64,000 nt of DNA, from contig OZ360221.1 of the NCBI GenBank assembly GCA_977017645.1, positions 157,418,001 to 157,482,000 on the forward strand, given 5' to 3'. Below, piece after piece: positions 58,322-64,000 of this stretch. Each line of letters begins with the position of its first letter. Position 1 is the first letter of the stretch. Under the pieces are notes generated by a model. That model saw only the letters and a list, made by a program, of their open reading frames with translations, had not been told where the DNA came from and made no database searches. The position numbers and the translations under genes were made by a program. The DNA is from Torpedo marmorata. Its lineage: Eukaryota.

Positions 58322-60545
58322 GCCACTCTTCTTGCGCAACAAAAAACGCTTAAGGATAAACATATTTTAGAAGGACAGGAGGAGCAGCTAAGGCAAAAGG
58401 AGGAGCAGCTAAAGCAGCAGCTAGAGCAGCAGCTAAGGCAAGAGAAGGAGCAGCAAAGGCAGAGAAAGGAGCAGAAGGAGCTGGAAGCAAACATTACTAT
58501 TGCCAGGGCAAAAAAAAGGTACCAGAAGGCTCAATGGTATCTGGTGCTCGGAGTAAATTATCTAAAGTGTGCGATGATAAGAAGTTATATTTTAAAAGGG
58601 AGCCACAAAAAAGGAAACCCACCAAAAAGGAAGATGTTTTAGTACCAAGGGTACAAGACTTGCAAATACAAGGACAAATCCTTCAAGAGCATAGTGTTAT
58701 CGAGTCACATGTACCAGTGGTAACATCTAAAGACAAAGCTGCGGCTTGGGTTCGGTCAAATGATGCAGCTCCCTTGGCATTCGAGTCAAGCATCAGAAAT
58801 ATGGAAGAAACTACACCAGTAAGGTTTCCAGATACATTACCTGTAACAAGAGGCGGTGAACAGAGCAATGTATTGTCATCCATAGGAAGACAAAATGAAA
58901 TTGCTGCATCATTGATTCAGTTACAGTCTCTCTCTTCTTTGCCCAAGAAAGAGATTCAAACTTTTGATGGAGATCCACTTTAGTACCAAGCGTTCATGAA
59001 ATCTTTTAGATGCAATATTGAAAATAAATGCCAAGACCCTGATGAATGTCTTTATTATTTGGAAATGTTCACAAAGGGACAGCCAAGAGAACTTGTAAAG
59101 AGTTGTCAACATATGTCCTCAGAAAGAGGATTAGACAGAGCTAAGTCTTTACTCGAACAACATTTTGGCAACAAGCATCGAATTGCTTTAGCTTATATGG
59201 ATAAAGCTCTTAAATGGACATCAATAAAACAGAATGATGTAAAGGCTCTACAAGCATATACTCTCTTTTTAAGAGGATGTTGTAATGCCATGGAAGATAT
59301 CGATAATATTCGTGAGCTTGACGTGCCTGATAATATGCGAATCATCTTAGATAAATGACCTTACAAGTTGTGGGATAGATGGAGAAATTTGGCTTGTGAT
59401 TTACAAGAAAATTACGGTCAAAGAGCTACCTTAAAGGACTTGGTAAATTTTCTTGAACGACAGGTGTACATTGAAACAGTTCCAATATATGGAAATACCA
59501 GAGACAATTCAATGGGGAAAAAGATGTAAGGAGGTCAAACTCACAGCCTAGTCTGAAATTGAAAAGGAGTACTTTTGCTACTAATGTGTCAGTTATAAAA
59601 AAAGAAAAAGATAAATTAAATAAGGAAAAAGAAAGTTTGACTAATGAGAAGAGTTGTTTGTTCTGTAAAGGTAGACATGCTTTGGAAATGTGTTTACGGT
59701 TGGAAAAGAAGGAACATAATGAGAAGATCACTTTCTTAAAGGAAAATGGAGTATGTTTTAGCTGTCTGTGTAAAGGGCACATCAGTAAAAACTGTGAGAA
59801 GTGAATTAACTGTAACGTATGCAATTTGAAGCATCCTAGAATGTTGCATATCCATTAAAGAAACAAGGAATTTAAAAATGAGCAAACAGAAACAAAGGAA
59901 ACAACAGAAAACAAGGTTATAATATCGGTTCAGACAAGTGGTCTTACCGGGGCTGGTGTGGATAACTGCAAACTTTCAATAGTGCCTGTACAAGTCAAGA
60001 CCAAGAACGGGAATGCAACAGTACATACATATGCATTTCTCGACCCAGGCAGTACTGCATCTTTTTGCACGGAAGGACTAATGAATAAACTTAATATTCA
60101 AGGAAGAAGGTCAAGAATTATGTTAAAAATGATGGGACAAGAAAAGGTCGTTGAAACCAGCATTGTTTCAGGCTTAGAGGTTGTTGAATTGGATGACAAA
60201 ACATTTTGTGATCTTCCAAGTTTATATACTCAGAAGACTATGCCTGTGCATGAAGGAAACATTCCGCATCAAAATGATTTCCATCATTTGTCTTATCTGT
60301 GGAAGGTTTATTTACCTGAAGTTAACACTGAGATAGAAATGCTGATTGGTTCAGATGTGCCAAAGGTTTTGGAACCACTAGAAGTAATACAGAGTAGAGG
60401 GAATGGACCTTACGCTGTTAGAACTAAGCTTGGTTGGACAATCAATGGACCATTGGAAAGAAATAATGATATTGCACAGGAACAGTTAGCGATAAAGATT
60501 AACAGGATTTTGGTTGTGAAAGTTGATGAGTTAAGGGAAGAGCAA
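58322..60545 (+). pseudogene. BEL/Pao gag core (DUF1759-like), three zinc knuckles and aspartic protease (DUF1758-like), with several stops and frameshifts
   Basis: LPKKEIQTFDGDPL*Y..F, LYYLEMFTKGQPRELVKSC; CLFCKGRHALEMC, CFSCLCKGHISKNC, CNVCNLKHPRMLH; TYAFLDPGSTASF, MLIGSD, GPYAVRTKLGW. Confidence 0.9.
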
Positions 60546-60570
60546 AAGATTGTGAATAAGAAGGTCACTT

Positions 60571-61488
60571 TTGAAGAAAAGAAAACAGATCAATGTGAAA
60601 ATAAATCAAGGGTATTTAAAACAACTGAAGGAATTATTTTCATCAGAATTGGATGAAAATGAAGTATTAGAAGATGTTGCAGATAATACTATTGATTATT
60701 CATGTGTAATTGAATCAGATACAGGAATAAAACAAGTGACTGAGAACAAAGTTGAATGTAGATTTTGTAGTTCAGAGGTTACAGCAGACAAAGTCAATGA
60801 AGAAATGTTGCAATGTGATGTAAAACTGGAGAACACAGAAAATTGTGCTGATGGAATAAAGAAGAATGTGAATGATCATTTAATGCAATTGAATTCAGAG
60901 AACAAAATGTTGAAAAGGGATTTGGAAATATTGGATAATCATGAAAAAAGTAAACAGAAAGATTTAATTGTAAATAAAATTCGCAAAGTCAGAAAGTGGA
61001 TGAAAAGAATAACTGCTGAAGAAATAAATATAGTTATTGAAGAAAGAGATTCAGCATTATTAAGATGTAAAAGGTTGGAGGAAGAGATTAATATTTTGAA
61101 AGAGAACAAGTTATTGCTTAATAACACAAAACAGTTGTTTATAGAAAACAATCAAGAATGTAAATTGAAGGTTCAGCTACTAACAATGCAGAAAGAAAGT
61201 GATATTGCATTGCAGCAATGTAACAAGCAAGATGAAGAAATTCAAAAATTTCAAGTTCATCACAGCAGGGTTGACAATAGAAGTACCAATGTATCACATG
61301 ATATTTTCACGTCAGATCAAGTTATTAATTTCTCGGAAGGAACTGAGACTGAATTGAAAGTTGCAAAATTGGATTTGGAATTGCAGGAAAAGGCAATAGA
61401 AACCAAGGTGGTTAAAGAGACTCGTTTATTAAAATCGAGAGGATCAGATAAATATTCAAAGTATTCAAAGTTCAAATTATTCCTATGA
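60571..61488 (+). CDS. Coiled-coil ORF replacing pol, containing a MIPOL1-like segment (~60961-61266)
   Basis: IVNKIRK..KRITAEEINIVIEERDSALLRCKRLEEEI..ENNQECKLKVQLLTMQ..ALQQCNKQDEEIQ resembles vertebrate MIPOL1 as recalled. It lies inside the LTR element, so it is not the host gene. Confidence 0.75.
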   Translation: MKKRKQINVKINQGYLKQLKELFSSELDENEVLEDVADNTIDYSCVIESDTGIKQVTENKVECRFCSSEVTADKVNEEMLQCDVKLENTENCADGIKKNVNDHLMQLNSENKMLKRDLEILDNHEKSKQKDLIVNKIRKVRKWMKRITAEEINIVIEERDSALLRCKRLEEEINILKENKLLLNNTKQLFIENNQECKLKVQLLTMQKESDIALQQCNKQDEEIQKFQVHHSRVDNRSTNVSHDIFTSDQVINFSEGTETELKVAKLDLELQEKAIETKVVKETRLLKSRGSDKYSKYSKFKLFL

Positions 61489-61802
61489 GAAACGACGTGC
61501 TGAAGAGGTACCTTGTGTTAAATTCAAAAAGAAAAACTGTATCTATTTTGTCTGAGGAAGAGTTGAGGTTTACTGGTCAACGTTCTAACTCAAAGATTCT
61601 GGAGATAAAAGAACTTTGATAAGTACAAACTGATTGTACATAGGTTACAGACTTTTATTGATCCAGAGTTATGGTAAACTCTGGTCTTGTGAAGAAAGAA
61701 GATTTGTATATTGTTTGACTGTTATATTGTTATTGTTATTTGTAATTGATTGTGTAATTATTATTTAAGACATTGTGCCTCATTATAATAATTAGGGGTC
61801 AG

Positions 61803-62376
61803 TGTAAGAGCCAAAGGCTCATGTCTTACCTTAATCGCGGTGTTCCGATGGGCCCAGCGGGTTTCGGAGGAGTCATTGAGATTAGTAGGCCGTGCTAGAC
61901 CTATTTAGTACTCTGTGCATGCGCGAGAGTGCCGACTGGTGCATGCGCAGTGGGGAAGTGGCTGGAGCATGTGCAATGGGGAAGTGGGTGGAGTATGCGC
62001 GGTGGAGCATGCGCGTTGGAGTATGCGCGGTGGAGTATGCGCGTTAATCAGAGAAGAAGTATATAAGATTATGGCGACTTAGAGGAGGGTGAGTGAGATT
62101 GCCATAGCTTTCATTGACCGTTGAAAGGAAGTTATAAAGAATCATTTTAAAGAAAGTTTAAAGACGTTTTAAAGAATCATTATTAAGCATCGTTATCAAG
62201 AATTGTTTATATTTCGTTAAGGAATATATTTAAGTCATTGAAGATTGCTACAAGTCATCGTGTGTAAATAAAGTTTTTGAACCTATTGGACTTGTTAGTA
62301 AATTAATTGAAACGCGTCATGAACAAGTGTCTCACCTAGCCTCCAAGTGACTATTTGTTGGATTGAAGTCAATATA
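61803..62376 (+). repeat. 3' LTR of the BEL-derived element (574 bp)
   Basis: Preceded by AATTAGGGGTCAG (PPT-like); TGTAAG...AATATA; followed by TSD ATGGG. Confidence 0.92.
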
Positions 62377-62454
62377 ATGGGTATATTGTTTAAGGAGGAA
62401 ACATGACACATTTAAGAAAATACATTGATTAATTAATGCGTTTAAGAAAATGTA

Positions 62455-62606
62455 ATGATGTTTATTGTCATACACATACTGTAAGTACAGTGTACAGAGA
62501 CACTGAAATTCTGACTTGCTGCAGCCCAGTAGGTACATAAAATGCACCAACTACAATAGTGTACATTAAATCAACCCGGTACAGAAAGAGATAATAAATA
62601 TAAAGG
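62455..62606 (-). mobile_element. 3' UTR of the older Rex1-like subfamily (as at 118-300), target of a younger Rex1
   Basis: TTTATTGTCAT..CACTGAAATTCTGA..AGAAAGAGATAATAAA.ATAAAGGAT shared with 138-257. Confidence 0.6.
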
Positions 62607-64000
62607 ATCAGAATCAGAATTTATTGTCATGAACAAGTCATGAAATTCGGTGTTTTGTGGCAGCATCATAGTGCAAACATTCATATTATTACCACCTTAC
62701 GACATTACTATAAAAAAATATAAATAATAGTGCACGAAAAGTAAGGCAGTGTCTTTGGTTCATTGATTATTCAGGAATCTGATGGCAGTGGGGAAGAAGC
62801 TGTCCTTGTGCCGTTGAGTGCTCGACTTCAGGCTCCTGCACCTTTTTCCCGATGGTAGCAGAGTGAAGAGGGCATGGCCTGGGTGGTGGGGGTCTTTGAG
62901 GACAGAGGCTGCTTTTTTAAGACACCGTCTTGTGTAGATGTCCTCGATGGAGTGAAGTCTGGTGCCTGTGATGTCACAGGTCGAGTTAACAACCCTCTGG
63001 AGTTTATTCTTCTCCTGAGAGTTGGCGCCTCCATAACAGGCAGTGATGCAACCAGCCAGAATGCTCTCCACGGTACACCTGTAGAAGTTTACGAGAGTCT
63101 TTGATGACATACCGAATCTCCTCAGACACCTGACAAAGTATAGCCGCTGGCAAGCCTTCTTTGTGATTGCATCAACCTGGAGGCTCCAGGACAGATCCTC
63201 GAAGATGTTGACACCCAGGAATTTGAAGTTCTTGACCCTCTCCACGACTGAGCCCTCGATGAGGACTGGGTCGTGTTCCCCTGACTTCTTCCTGAAGTCC
63301 ACAATCATCTCCTTGGTTTTGCTGATGTTGAGCACAAGGTTGTTGTCGTTACACCATTCAACGAGCTGATCTATCTCCCTCCGTTACGCTTCCTCATTGC
63401 CGTTTGTGATTCTGCCGACAACTGTGGTGTCATCGGCAAACTTGTAGATGGCATTGGAATTGTGCGTCGCCACACAGTCATGGGTGTATAACGAGTGGAG
63501 CAGTGGGCTAAGCAAGCATCCTTGGGGTGCGCCTGTGTTGATAATCAGTGAGGATGAGACGTTGTTTCCAATTCGTACTGACTGTGGTCTTCTGATGAGA
63601 AAGTCAAGGATCCAGTTGCAGAGGGGGATACAGAGGCCTAGAGTTTGTAGCTTCTTGACCAGCACTGAGGGAATAATGGTGTTGAAGGCCGAGCTGTAGT
63701 CAATGAAGAGCAGCCGTATGTATGAATTGCTGTTTTCGAGGTGATCCAGAGCTGAGTGGAGAGCCAGCGATATTGCATCTGCTGTGGAGTGATTGTGACG
63801 ATAGGCGAATTGCAGTGGGTCCAGATCTTTGCTTAGGTACTTGTTAATTCTGGCCATGACCAGCCTCTCAAAGCATTTCATCACAGTAGAAGTTAGTGCT
63901 ACTGGGCGGTAGTTGTTGAGGCAGCCCACGCTACTCTTCTTGGGTACCGGGATGAATGATGCCCTTTTGAAGCAGGTGGGAACCTTTGACTGCCGCAACG
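62607..64000 (-). mobile_element. Rex1/Babar copy (RT with a premature stop at 63384), running off the window
   Basis: Reverse complement aligns to ~2965-4357; (TTCTGA)n tail at 62607. Confidence 0.93.

Larger units (their letters stand above)
52102..62376 (+). mobile_element. BEL/Pao-derived non-autonomous LTR element (SAP-gag-protease-coiled coil; no RT/RH/IN) hosting a nested Gypsy
   Basis: Two diverged LTRs, 5-bp TSD ATGGG (52097-52101 / 62377-62381), BEL-type gag with three zinc knuckles and protease. Confidence 0.9.

Noticed and set aside
60961-61266. Possible exon(s) of the genuine host MIPOL1 gene
   Set aside because: Lies between paired LTRs with a TSD, is diverged, and shows no splice-site framing; treated as captured cargo.
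60571-61488. Possible env gene of the BEL element
   Set aside because: No signal peptide, hydrophobic transmembrane segment or fusion-protein pattern; hydrophilic coiled coil throughout.

Overview
Repeat-dense vertebrate DNA, most likely intronic or intergenic sequence from a cartilaginous fish (shark or ray). This is inferred from the mix of HE1-like V-SINEs, Deu-domain SINEs, CR1, Rex1/Babar, L1 and Neptune-type Penelope elements. No host exon, rRNA, true tRNA or CRISPR array could be supported. Nearly all long ORFs belong to transposons: an intact Rex1 EN-RT ORF (1582-4206), two L1 copies, a Neptune Penelope RT + GIY-YIG ORF (12662-15703) whose family carries minimal hammerhead ribozyme motifs, and a young Gypsy element (53592-58316) nested in an older BEL/Pao-derived LTR element (52102-62376). 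The BEL-derived element is the most unusual object. It lacks RT/RNase H/integrase and instead carries an intronless MIPOL1-like coiled-coil segment after the protease, plus an N-terminal SAFB/SLTM-like SAP domain. Both nested LTR elements lack a tRNA primer-binding site and have 11-12 nt at that position complementary to their own LTR, suggesting self-priming. Family assignments come from motif recognition by eye, not database searches, and boundaries of old fragments are approximate.
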